From assembly GCA_963924565.1 (NCBI GenBank), contig OZ004608.1, positions 5,828,001 to 5,892,000 on the forward strand: a stretch of 64,000 nucleotides of DNA, in the 5' to 3' direction. Source of the DNA: Ascidiella aspersa (Eukaryota). The translations under genes and the position numbers were made by a program. Positions 28,381-40,726 of this stretch are shown here, piece after piece. Numbering within the stretch: position 1 is the stretch's first letter; every line of letters begins with the position of its first letter. The notes under the pieces are model-generated. The model worked only from the letters and a program-made list of their open reading frames with translations. It did no database searches and was not told where the DNA came from.

Positions 28381-29378
28381 GGTTGCAACGTCTTATCGAC
28401 CAAACTTAAACCAAAAATCTACGTCGCTGCGACGTCAAATTGTTAGCTGGGAAAATACTCAATTACAATTTTGCAAAACCAGAAGTGTGCAACATTTTTT
28501 TATTACCAAACAAACTTACTCTATGAAAACTTATTGATGAACACAACTATCTTATAAACTTATACGATTTATGAGATGATATCACATTTGGTAAAGTGAA
28601 AATCTAATAAAAGTTCTCTTGCCCAACTCAGCTAGAAAACTAGCGTTTTGTTACCGAAAAATTGGTTGTGTAGGATTGCAAAACATCTTAACTATAACTG
28701 TTTTGTTATTATGGTCAGTTAGTCAAACACTGTTATTGTTTTATATAGCCTATATGCACGGTCATATGAGTTATTGACTATATATAGACGAGATTTACAG
28801 AGTTGCAATATTTTCAGAAGCTGTTGGATAGCATATAAGCTATTTATATTATATTGGAGAAATCGCCATTGAAAATCAAAAGCGCACATAGGCAAAGACA
28901 CTCAGTCAACACTTTAGGTTCGAAACTTTGGAGAACAATAGAGAAATTACGTCAGGAACTGATTTCTCTCTAACGAGCAATTCACATTGAAGCCTATGAC
29001 TCTAAAAGTAAATACAGCGTCGGCCTATACACTGTGCGAGAAATTACACAATGGCGGTCACAGAACGACAACTGGAATTGAAACCTAATCTCACAGTAGC
29101 CTATGACGTGCTGGCCGAAAGCTATACAGATTTTTCTAACTGCTGAGCCAACATATTAAGTTGTGATATTTATGTGTTTTTATTCACGGGTGAAAGTTCC
29201 CGAAGACATGATGTAGGTTAAATATCAACGTAACGAACTATTAACAAATTAACGTGAATTCATTTGAGAAGAAAAACTTCAGGTCATCAGATTAAAATAA
29301 AAAAAATACACCATCGTTAAACAGTGTTGTTTTACATAAAATGTCAAACTGTAAAACAACAACAAATTAAAACTTAAT

Positions 29379-29413
<35 letters not shown>
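29379..29413. repeat. (AAC)n microsatellite
   Basis: Read directly from the sequence. Confidence 0.95.
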
Positions 29414-32030
29414 AAATAGACATATTATATTAGACCACATATTTAAAAATATGCTACAGGCGACAAACCTAAACCAAAAATTCAACATTTAATTTTATAA
29501 CAGCAATTGGAATTCACGTAAGGCTTAAATTGGAGTTGAACGAATTCAGTTTAAATTTGAAAAATTAATGTCAGACTTTTGAAACTGTTACAAAGTAACG
29601 ATGGTATCACGGCAATACGAGCCATAACTGTTGAACCAGGAAAATAAAAGAAGTAATAGCAAGTAGTTTTGCTTTTTAAAATAGTTGTATTTTTGACAGG
29701 GTTAGAAACTGGTGGTAGCGTATATTACACAACTGTTAAACAAGAGACGAGTCGGTACAGTAAATAAAAGGCCCATAACGTGTATATTTAATCTGTTGGT
29801 GTTTTGAATCCAAAAGCCCGAATAATGATTATCACGAGTTGGGGCCTATTTTAAACCAGGCGTAACTTCTGGCGGTTAATTTGTTCGCAAAACGTCGGTT
29901 TTCGACGCTCTTTTGTATAATTCGAATCTCCAGGGAGCCCCTCACATAACAGGTTTTCCCCTTGCACACATACATAATTTCGTGAAAATCCTTTTAGTAT
30001 TTCGTGCGTGTGGGAAATAATTTATATTTTTTTATATAATATGCAAAGCAATAAAAGCAATATTTAGATACGAATAATATAGAGATTATAATATACAACT
30101 TATTTTTCAAATTGTTTAGAATTTTGGGCGGCATCACTGGTTTAACGCGAAGCAATTTAATGTCTACAACAACAGTATTTCTCCTGACTAATAAACGTGC
30201 ATCTGAGAAACAGTTCACAAAAAACAGAGCGATATATTTTAGAGTTAGACCGCGGCCGCATATATTGGCTCCAACTCAACGTTTTCCTGTTCCACTACGT
30301 TGTTGCCTGATTCACCGAATTCGCAATGCCTTCTGTCCTGTGAACCTCTGTCAGGCACTTTGGGACTGTCAACTTGTTGTTTAAGGGTGTCACCTTCACC
30401 AGAATATTTTTATGTTTGCTTTCACAAAATAACATTGCCAACATGTGGTTGAAGTCAGTCTTTTTTTTTAGATTTTTTTAAATTAAATTGGAATAAAATT
30501 AGAATTTTTTAGTTTTTCCAAACTAGATTTAAATTATAATTAACCAATTCGTGATAACTAGACATTGAAAAAATAATTTCAACTAGACATAGATGTGTGT
30601 GTATCTTTCATTGAATTCCAACTAGAATTACATTTAATTAATTCACAAACAATGGCAAATATTTCAGTGCTCTAATGTTCCTATTGTTTTCTTTGCACAT
30701 TATTATTGGTCGCCAAACTGTAAAATTCCCATACAAGGCGTTCCGACCAAACACTATTAATTCAATTTTTTGTTACGACAGACTAAAACTGCATTTTTAG
30801 TAAAATTGAAAATAGATTAGAACTAAAATTTCAACTAAAATTGTGAATAATCCACATGCTAAATTTGAAATAACATTAGTCGCATTTTCTCTAGTTCAAT
30901 GAATTGGACAGCTAGAATAAACAAGTTGTCCATGGCTGGCATTTTCACAACGGGGGCAAAATGAATTGGTTATAGTTTGTTAAAAATAATACCCTTAAAA
31001 AATGATTTACTGCATTTCTTACCTGCGCCTTCTTTGGTGGAGCAGAATAATCTTATTTTTTTCGAAATATTCCTGAAAAAAAAAACGTACAATTTTATAG
31101 TCAATGCTTCATCGGCATTTAAAGCAGGCCTGGAAATATTGTTTTGCTGGAATCCATAAATGACATCATCATATCCCTTGAAAAAGTGAACAATGAGAGT
31201 GTAGTCATTTATGATACATCGATAGAGGGAAAGTGCGTTACAATGAAGCAGGGTTGGGTAGACGGGAACCTATTATATAATGGATTTTAATTTCATTGAC
31301 TTCCTCAAGCGCAGGGTTGCCATTCGCCTGAATTTTTCCATAGATATCAGGAATTAAAAACTTTACACGCGCGAAATAATTTTTTACTTGAACAATCAAG
31401 TTTAGGACAAAACAGAACAAAAGGTTGTTTCCTTTCAATAAACTGAAGCACACAATATTTCCATAGTACATGTTATGTGCGAAAAACGGGTGGTGATTAA
31501 ATATGCGGTATATTCGTAGGGAATTTTGACGATTGAAGTGTTAACCCTACACCGGTGTTCTGTCTAAGGCGTTGGTCACAGCCTTTTTAACTTGCGAAAC
31601 CCCCCAGAAAACATAGCAAGGGGGTTAAACCAGGGCTGTGGAGTCGGTTAAAAAAAAAAAAGTCCAACTCCTGTCAAAAACATTATACCATTTTCCGAGT
31701 CCGACTCTGGCCAAATGGACTATTTCGCCAAATCCCGAGTCGGCTCAGACGCTACAGCTAGCATTTCATCCTTTTATGTAACTAAAATAACGTGGATATT
31801 CAGCAATTCACTCATAGGTGTGTCATATAGTTGGTCCACTCACAAAACGTGGTTGCAAAATAGTGCACCTATGTTAATCAACCTTTGCAATTTACAGTTT
31901 GCTGCCTTGTTAGTTTTAAAATTTAGTAATGCGCGTGAGTACGTCGGAGTTGGTACTCAGGCAGTTTTGTATGTATTCTTAATCAACAAGATTAAAACAG
32001 CACCCATCGACTGCTTACCATCAAGGACTC

Positions 32031-32350
32031 ACATTTTGTTATTTTAATAAACATTCTAAAGCCATATTATTTGATCAAATCGACAGATCGCTATTCCTAA
32101 AGGTTTCGGCAATACCTCATGCAATCATCAGTGTAAAAACTTAAGAGACGATAAAAGCGATAAAACATAAAAATAAACAAGGAAAAAGTAACGGGAAAAC
32201 GGCGACGTTATACAATATTTTATCACTTCTTGTTAACTTGAATATTTAGACTAATGATGGTATAAGGATTGCCTAAACTTTTGTGAAAAGCAAAATGTCG
32301 GTTTGATCAAATAATATGGCTTTTGTATTTTTATTAAAATAACATAAATG
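32031..32350. mobile_element. Fold-back element with about 110-bp imperfect arms
   Basis: AAAGCCATATTATTTGATCAAA..CGACA is inverted at about 32296-32323. Confidence 0.7.
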
Positions 32351-32570
32351 CTTGTCGAATGCTAATATAAACAAAATAAAAATTAAACTGTCATAAAAGT
32401 TTACAAAGCTGACTATATATTTTGTTGTTGTTTGTTAGAATAGCCAATAGCTTTATTAATAGCCAATCGTCGACTATATTGTCTTTTAAGGCCGCGTTTC
32501 AGTTTCAATAATGAAACAAGTCGTTGGTCAGAATAAATGACGCGCCGTGGTTTGGTGATCTGGTTTGAAG

Positions 32571-33451
32571 CAGTGTTAGAGCAAGACAATTCCAAGTCAA
32601 GACCTTGTTATCCAAATTGCACGTTCCCGTCCGATTATGAATAGCCCACATAAAAATACCAAACAGGCAATATACAGCAAACAAATTTTTTTTGTGCAAA
32701 AACTAGGATAAATATCCAAACATTTATAAAAAAATTGCCTTAATTAAAACACTTCATTTCACCCAAGTCAGTTAAAACAGGGTTCCCAAACCTTTTTGGA
32801 CCACGAACCACTATTTGCGAATCTGTTTTTTTAAGGACCGCAATACAAAGAAATAAATAAAACCGAATTTTATTTATTTACAAAACTGACAACATCAATT
32901 GGACGGATGCCATTGATTATTTCTGCTTCGTTTCACTAACTTTTGCAGAGGAAAACGGTTGGAATGATCTCAACAAAACCGCTTCCTAATGGCGATAAGA
33001 AAATATAATTACGTCATAGACGAGGAATAAGAGATTTTCTCGTAAACAACTTTTTGACTACAACGAAGGCGCAACGAGTAAGATTTACGATACTGGATAG
33101 CAAAAGCTTTCGGAATCATTAAGTTGTGAATAACTGCGGCAATTATCTTTAAAAAGGGTACGTATAGTGCACAACGTATATCTGTGAGTTTTTAATTTCT
33201 TGTCATATCGCCACAGGCCACCTGTGCGGTCGTCGCGTACCACCAATGGTCCGCGTACCACAGTTTGGGAAACCCTGGTCTAGAAGACCCTAATCGGGTC
33301 ATGGCATTTTGATCAAGACTTTAATCAAGTCAAGTAATTTGAAAACAATGACTTAAGTGAGCTTGTCTTTACTTAAATGCACTGAAGTCTCTGTATTTAA
33401 ATCACTTGTTTGAGGTAAGTTGTGTGGGCAAAATGACTCATTACAACACTG
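32571..33451. mobile_element. hAT-like element (CAGTGTT termini, GACTTG/AAGTC repeats) with a nested MITE; inverted relative at 35415-35836
   Basis: CAGTGTT..AACACTG with flanks GTTTGAAG/GTTCGAGG. Confidence 0.65.
32778..33277. mobile_element. hAT-type MITE, same family as 39218-39728 in the opposite orientation
   Basis: CAGGGTTCCCAAAC..GTTTGGGAAACCCTG; the interior is homologous to the 39.2-kb copy. Confidence 0.8.
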
Positions 33452-34584
33452 GTTCGAGGCAACGAACCTTTACACACAATGAGACGACTCACTTTCTATA
33501 AGCGACGGAAACAGCAAGCAGAGTAACAACTAGGGCTGAAAGAGGAAGAGCAATTGAGATGGCCAAGTCGGCAGAGCTTTGTCTTTCCTGTGTTGCTGGA
33601 GCATTGTAATTCGTGGAGGATTTCGGTGTAGCAAGAAACACAAGTAATAATCAAAAACAAAACTTTACAGTGGAGTTTAATGTAATTTAGATTTCTGAGA
33701 TTTAAAAACTTCCTATTATTCGGGATGTCCCGATAATATCGGATTGGAGCCGATACCAAGTGGTATTATCGGCACTCTTTCGATACCAGCGTGGTATAGG
33801 TACCGAGTCGATACCAATTTAATATAGGTATTAATATAGGTATCCAATTTAATACCAGCCACGATTTGAAATCAAATTCTACAACTTCTATAGTACCTTA
33901 AAAGGTATTTCATTTAAATATTAGAAGGTTAACAGATAAAGGTAATTTAATTCTTCATCAAAAGCAAAGTTTGTCCTAATAACTTGCATAAATTAATCGA
34001 CCGATTCGGTGAGTCTGCGATGGCTTCCGGTGTATTAATGGAAATCAATCGTAAGCACGCTGAAGTAAATTTTAACTTTAAAACAAAAATAAAAATGCCT
34101 TTGGAAGTTTTGGGTACGTCTAATCGTCTATGTTTAATAGGATAATAACGTTATTCGGTATCAGAGAGTATCGCGATACTCTTAGACCAAAATATCAGCT
34201 ATTGGTATCGATATAAGAAGTCGGAAAATTAGAATCAGATATCCATGTAGTTGTCACCCACCTGGGCCAGCAACCTGATCTTTACTACGGTATGTTATTT
34301 AAGCACATTGACTTACTTTTGCGTTTCATGGTTTCTTGTGTGATCTTGTCGTTTCCTCCTGCCTCTTTTGGTTTCACTTCGTCTTTTTCGTTGTAGTGGA
34401 AACTAATGACAGTGGGTCTGATTGGAACAACCGGGAATGCTAGATAAACAAAACATAGTACTTTCTAAATAGCCTATTTGTTTTCAATATGAGGCCCTTC
34501 AGAAATTATAGGTGTTCTTTAAACATCGTCGGTACGGTTTCCTGGAGATACAATTTCCTTAAACTGATAATAGGTGGCTTAAAG

Positions 34585-34912
34585 CAGGAATGTCCAACTA
34601 AAATATGCCGACGTGCCAAATTTTATCTAATAACTTGTCCCGTGCCAAAGTTTAGCAACTATTTTTTGGTAATATTAAAAGCGCTTTTATACAAAAAATA
34701 AAAACTGTATGTATATAGTTTTATAATATCGGAAGTAATTGTTTGTTGTCGTAATTGCGGGGTTTGTTCTGTATTGTGAATAACAATGACAATCGGCTGC
34801 ATAACAAATTAGGTTTTTTGACTATTGGCTGTATTCTTTGGGGGCTTGCGTGCCATTTTTTATTAGGTCGCGTGCCACATTTGGCACGAGTGCCTCATGT
34901 TGGACACCCCTG
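34585..34912. mobile_element. hAT-type MITE
   Basis: CAGGAATGTCCAAC..GTTGGACACCCCTG with CGTGCC subterminal motifs and a degenerate 8-bp TSD. Confidence 0.75.
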
Positions 34913-35414
34913 GATTTAACCTATCTTAATCCTTATCCTTGCATTAGACCGCCCTATTATAAATTACTGTTTCTCTATATAATATAGAAGGTGATTAATA
35001 GCAGAAGTACAATTTAACTTAGTTTCAGCCGTAAAGTGACGCTAAGAAAGTGTTACCTGATGTCGTTGCTTGCTCCGGACATACGATTCCTAACGTCAAG
35101 ACGCAACCCCAAGTTAATTGATCATAATCTCCTATAACACGCCGATACCGAAGAGCGGATGTCAAACTAGCAAGGCAGAGCATGGACAGCGCTAACTTCA
35201 ACACTTTAACGTACAACATCGCACGGTATTACAATTAGGTGAAAATCTATTAAAAAAACTGTATTATTTGTAACGTGACGTCGCATTTCTGCATGCATCC
35301 AACGTTTTACGTCCCTACATAGGAATAATTTTATATCAAAGCTTAGATGCAATAAGGAGCCAGCAATGAAAATACATTTGGTGAAGTTAACTCTTAAGGT
35401 ACGTACCGTACACT

Positions 35415-35836
35415 CAGTGTTGTAATCAAATTAGTCAATTGACTGAAGTGCACTTAAGTCAATGACTTGAGTCATTTTGGCAAAATGACAAGTCATTTGG
35501 GCAAAATATGTTGACTTGGTTATTCGGACAAATTACTTAGGTTGAATGAAAGTGTTTTCATCCAGCACTTTTTTATAGATAGGGTAATTTGTCCCACTGT
35601 TTGCACATCAAACAATTTGCTTACTCTATTTGGCGTTTTTTGATATTTTTAAGTTAAGTTACTGCTCATAATCGGCGTAGGAATTGACTCGGAAATTGAC
35701 TTGCTCTAATTATGACTTGACTGGGACTTGACTTGTGATTTATTCAAAAAGACTTGACCTCGACTGACGTTATTTTACAAACGAGAAGACTGGAACTTAA
35801 GTATTTTTTTATTTTAAATTACTTGTTAACAACACG
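35415..35836. mobile_element. hAT-like element with GACTTGA repeats
   Basis: CAGTGTTG..CAACACG; homologous to 32571-33451. Confidence 0.6.
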
Positions 35837-36442
35837 ACTACACCCGACCTATTTGCAGCGATATTTTGCGTAAATCAAACACAAGCCGTTCTATAACATA
35901 ATAGATGATAGTTGATCAAAGCAGAGTACCAATCGCTCGGTAAATGTCAAGTGTTTATAATACAATCAAACAGAAATATAATACAATCAAATAGAAAATG
36001 TCATGTTAAACACTACACTGTTATACCTGCTTTGGTAAACGATTCCCAAAGAATATGGTATGCTATGTTGAAAATAAGTAAAGTGTTATTAAGTTCAAAA
36101 TGATACCTACTTCTGTATTGGCTTCGATATTCTTATTACGTCCTACTTCAACCTCAAACCATTATGCTCCAAAATATGGCATATATTGCCCTTCTTATTA
36201 ATACGAGTATTCATAGCTTATGGCAACGGCACCATCTACCACTGGCAACTATGCAAGTGCAAAAATACAGCCTTTAAACCCTGGTTATTAAATCTGAAAC
36301 CTTGTTTTTAAATTTCTGTTCAACCAACATGTATGTGCTCGGAAAAAGGTTTTCTTTTGTTTTAAAATCATGGATTTTACAACAAATTTACACGGCAAGA
36401 CAATCGAATATAATATTTGTATTTTGAAGACGTTTATTTAAG

Positions 36443-36488
36443 GTTCATTCTAAAAGGCTGTACCGTTCATTCTAAAAGGCTGTACCGT
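36443..36488. repeat. 22-bp tandem duplication
   Basis: GTTCATTCTAAAAGGCTGTACC x2. Confidence 0.9.
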
Positions 36489-37649
36489 AAAACCAAAAAT
36501 GCACTATGATCCTCGTTTTCTAAGTTTATTCATACCACCACTTGTGCGTAAATGCTATTGAGTTTATATAGGACCTGAACACAACACTAAATGTTATTGA
36601 AACGCTAAATATTTGATAGCCATGCACAAACATCAATTCTCATCCTGCAAAAACAGTAATGCAAGAGCCTATAAAAGCTCACAATCTCAACATTGGAATA
36701 ATCTACATCTTATCAAAGGCTGTTCAACGATGGCGAATAATTTATGAAACTTTCATGCACATTAGTAAGTCACAATGCGGAAGTTTCGGTATACACTTGA
36801 TTCCTATTGTTACATAGATTAGTTGGCGGTCGGTTTCGAAACTTCTTGCTTTATTTAGCGATGTTAAGCATAGCAGAATGCATTGAGGGCACATTCTGTT
36901 ACAGAAATGGTGGCAAGCGAATTTAATTAGATTTAAATAGGTTAAGATTTTTATCTCGAGTGGGTAAGAACGAAATAGCGCCACCCATCAATAAAAAAAA
37001 AATTCGCGCAACGCTTAGGCGGAAAACAAAAAAAATAGAGTCATTAAAAGTAATTGAGGACTGCAATACCTAATCCTAATGCCTATATGTGTACATTATT
37101 AAATGCAATACTTCACACATAAAGGAAGATTTTGCGCTTTTCTGTTATTGTAAGTCAAACACTCGGTTTTATTTCGTTTTGGACGCAGAAAACAACGCCA
37201 AGTTGCGAAAATTAGTACAAACATTTGGGTTGTTATAATTCAATTAAGCGCCGCTCCAGCTGCAAAAGTTTGGATTTTCCCTTATATTTATATTTGTCAT
37301 CATTACCATCTGTCATTTGACTGGAATTATAAGTTAAGCTTGACAACTTAAAAACAATATTAAAAAAAATATTATTATAATACACAATACAAAATAGAAT
37401 CAAACAGTATTAGCAAGTTATTAATATACTAATCGGTTGATCGGATTGTTGTTTGGCAGAACTTTTCTTTCAAACTAGTTTTTAAATGGCAGCCATACTT
37501 GTTTGTAGCAAAATTGTAAGTAGGCCTAAATGATTATGACGTTCTTTAAATACGCGGATCATCGAACGCCATCAGTGCTGTTTATGAATACCAGTCGAAC
37601 AGCTAATAGCTTGACATGTTGCCTCTTATGAAATCTCATATGTTTACAG

Positions 37650-37785
37650 CAATGAAACCTGAACACACATATGTGTGTTTACAACTGAAATCTAGCCCTT
37701 CTGAAGCTGCTTTTTGATCAACGATTAGCTTCAGATGGGCTAGATTTCAGTTGTTAATACACATATGTGTGTTCAGGTTTCATTG
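37650..37785. repeat. 136-bp near-perfect hairpin (MITE-like)
   Basis: CAATGAAACCTGAACACACATATGTG..AAATCTAGCCC..GAAGCT with its reverse complement as about 59-bp arms; diverged half copy at about 58755-58815. Confidence 0.85.
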
Positions 37786-37869
37786 GATAATAATATGGTA
37801 CTGTGAATCCCCTTCAATTTAAGTTGCTTGTACTAACTGATTGAGCAAGCATTGGCGTATGGTTGTTTC

Positions 37870-38020
37870 TCGACTCGTTCCCTAGGCTCAGTTGGTAGAG
37901 CGACGGTCCCGCCTTGACCGGAGGTCGTGAGTTCGAACCTCACTGCAGGCTAGTTTTTCTCAAGCTTGCATCATTGATCGACAGATTCGGTGAAGAGTCT
38001 GCAATGGCTTTCGGTGTTTA
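37870..38020 (+). mobile_element. tRNA-derived SINE
   Basis: A-box-like GGCTCAGTTGGTAGAGC, B-box GTTCGAACC, and a shared tail GATTCGG..TGC(G/A)ATGGCTT. Other copies at 38801, 58583 and 59941; fragments at about 33996-34035 (+) and 2318-2352 (-). Confidence 0.8.
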
Positions 38021-38800
38021 CAGCAAACGTTAATTAAAAATAAATGAAAATTAAGTACGCCGTTAGATGCACAAAGTGCTATAAAACGCTACGTTGCTCG
38101 CAAACGGTATCTGAAACGAATATATCGCTTTTGTTTCATATCGGTTACGATTTAACGATCGTAATATCGGACGAGTGCCCATGGTCACCGGGCATCCATA
38201 ATCTTTGATATACTTTCGCAAACGTAGATTATTAAGAACTTTGAGTAACAGCACTCGTATTTCATAAAAAAACAAACGTTCAACAGTAAGAATTTTTTGT
38301 ATTTTTTTTCTCACATTAGGTGTTTCTTGTTATTCTTCTATTTTCCTCTGATTGCTATTATCCCTCACGCTTTGCCTAAAGGCGCCGTGCTTTTTTCTTC
38401 GATGATGATATAGTAGTCTTGCAGTCTTGTGTTAACTTGTCATTTGATCAGCATTTTAAAGTAAGCTGCAGCTTTTAGGTTTAACAGTAACTGTTTGTTT
38501 AGTAAAGAGTATTCGTTTTGGTAAGAAGCTTTTATGAACTTCTACTCAAGGTCATAAACGTATATCATCAGGTAAGTGTTTTTAAGTTTAGTTGGTTTGT
38601 AAGCAGAATTTTTTCCACCATAGAACTTGTTTTGAGTTAAATCTTTTGTTTTCTGCTAACCTGAAGTTACAACTAATGTTTCTGTAATATAAGCTTTTAT
38701 ATTGTTTCACATTGCAAAATAAAAGCAAGACACATACATATTACGAAAAAGTTGATTCAAAGGGATTAAAAGAAAATATAATTACCTAACAGAATGTTTA

Positions 38801-38955
38801 TCGACTCGCTTCCCTCTAAGCCTGTGTAGCCCAGTTGGTAGAGCGACAGTAGGCCGTGAGTTTGAACCCCACTGCAGGCTATAGTTGTTTTTCTAGCCTG
38901 TCTTGCTTGCGTCATTGATCATTTGATTCAGTTACTGTGCGATGGCTTCCGTTGT
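38801..38955 (+). mobile_element. tRNA-derived SINE (internally deleted)
   Basis: GTAGCCCAGTTGGTAGAGCGAC..GTTTGAACCC; duplicated at 59941-60095. Confidence 0.75.
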
Positions 38956-39217
38956 AATAACAACGACCTTATTATTTTACAATAACACTTGCAATAAGGC
39001 ATTTTGACTAGATTTTAATATAGTGTGTTTATGGTACTTCGTGCTGAACAAGTAGAGTTTATTAACAAAACGTTTAGACATTTTTAGTAAATTCAGTGTT
39101 ACACGATTGAATTATTTCTTAAAAACTAATACAATCAGATCCAAATGCACCACAGACCGTTGCAGATAGCTTACAACTACACAAAAGGAAGGTTCTTACA
39201 TAATGGAGCATTTAGAC

Positions 39218-39728
39218 CAGGGTTTCCCAAACTGTGGTCCGCGGACGACTGCACAGGTGGTCCGTGGTGATATAAAGAAATTTTCACACACGTTGCACAG
39301 TACGTACCCTTTCAAAGATAAATTACACAACATAATGATTTCGAAAGCTTTTGCTATCCAGTATCGTAAATCTCCCTTATTTCACCTTCATTGTAGTCAA
39401 AAAGTTGTTTACGGAAAAATTATCATATTTCTCGTTTATGACGTAATAATATATACTTGTGTGAGAGAGCATTTTCAGCTCCTCCAACATGAAGACAACA
39501 TACAGGTCCAAACTTTCCGTGAACTCTGACTTTCGAGTTTGCCTTTCACAAATAACACCGAGAATTGATGATTTATGCAGAAAGAAGCAATCGCATACGT
39601 CTCATGACGTTGTCAGTTTTGTAAACAAATGAACTTCGGTTTTATTTACGCTTGCTTTGTTTTGCGGTCCGCGAAAAAACAAATTTACAAATAGTGGTCC
39701 GCGGTCAAAAAAAGTTTGGGAAACCCTG
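39218..39728. mobile_element. hAT-type MITE with perfect TSD
   Basis: TIR CAGGGTTTCCCAAACT / AGTTTGGGAAACCCTG; TSD ATTTAGAC on both sides; absent from the paralogous site at about 60347. Confidence 0.92.
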
Positions 39729-40726
39729 ATTTAGACAATTAAACTTTAAATAACACCCTATTTACAACAACGTTAAATGTTAATGATAAAACTTGCCTCA
39801 AATTAAAGGTTATGCATTTCGATCAATGAATATATGTCATGAGCATCGGTAGTCTAAAACCCGAACGTGGTTGATTTTTAAAAGCCGCTTAATGTAGCCT
39901 ATATATTTGAAGATCAAAAAATTTCTAAAAACTAAATATTGCATGCTTATACAGTTTGGGGTTGCATGAATAGCATTCAAATATTCAAGCAATACGAGTA
40001 ATATAGGCATGTTTTTACTTACAATTGATCCAATCGTTAAGTAAGGGAATTTTACGTTCCTTTAAATCACTTCGTGCGCTTGTTTTTTAATTGCACAGAG
40101 GCCGATTTCGGAAACAAAACATCTCTTGCGGAAAAAAGCTCATAATTTTGCCGTGACGCTTATCAAGACTTCCATAGTTCCCATGCGTGGACTTCAACAA
40201 GGCAGCATAAAGATGCGGTAAGCTTATAATCTTTTAAAAATTGAAAAAAGCAATTAAAACAAAAATAATGCGCAAAACACTATGTTGATTAAATAAACAG
40301 CCGAAAAAATAACTAAAGAAATACGAGTAATATATGCATGCTTTAACTTTTCAATTAGTCAAAATCATTTGGAGGACATTTTTACTTTAAAAATACGTGT
40401 TTATTTCTTGAGATCAGTTCTTGTGCTTGTTTTTCAAATTGTACATAGGTCGAAATCTTAAAACATAAAAACTCATAATGTTGCCGCGACGCTCTTCAAA
40501 GGTTATTGAAAATGTTACGATCAAAAACAGCTCCTAACCTTTTACTGATGCACAGTGAGCACATAATGCAAGAAAGTTCTACAAAGGAAATAATGCGTCA
40601 GCAATACAAATCCCACGGATGTTTTGCACGAAGCCTTTTCGGTGGTCAACCAACTGAACAGTTTTATAGCGGTTTTTTAGACAAACTGATATGGTATACG
40701 TGCCGGAGATTACGCTATAGTGTTAT

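Larger units (their letters stand above)
23049..28451. mobile_element. Non-autonomous CMC/EnSpm(CACTA)-like DNA transposon, 5403 bp
   Basis: 11-bp TIRs CCCAGCTAACA / TGTTAGCTGGG with a 2-bp AA flank on both sides, long subterminal tandem arrays at both ends, and no transposase ORF seen. Confidence 0.8.

Noticed and set aside
29279-29488. Poly-Leu membrane-like ORF
   Set aside because: Artefact of the (AAC)n microsatellite.
37880-37950. tRNA gene
   Set aside because: A and B boxes are present but there is no convincing acceptor stem or cloverleaf, and a long shared 3' tail occurs in multiple copies, which indicates a SINE.
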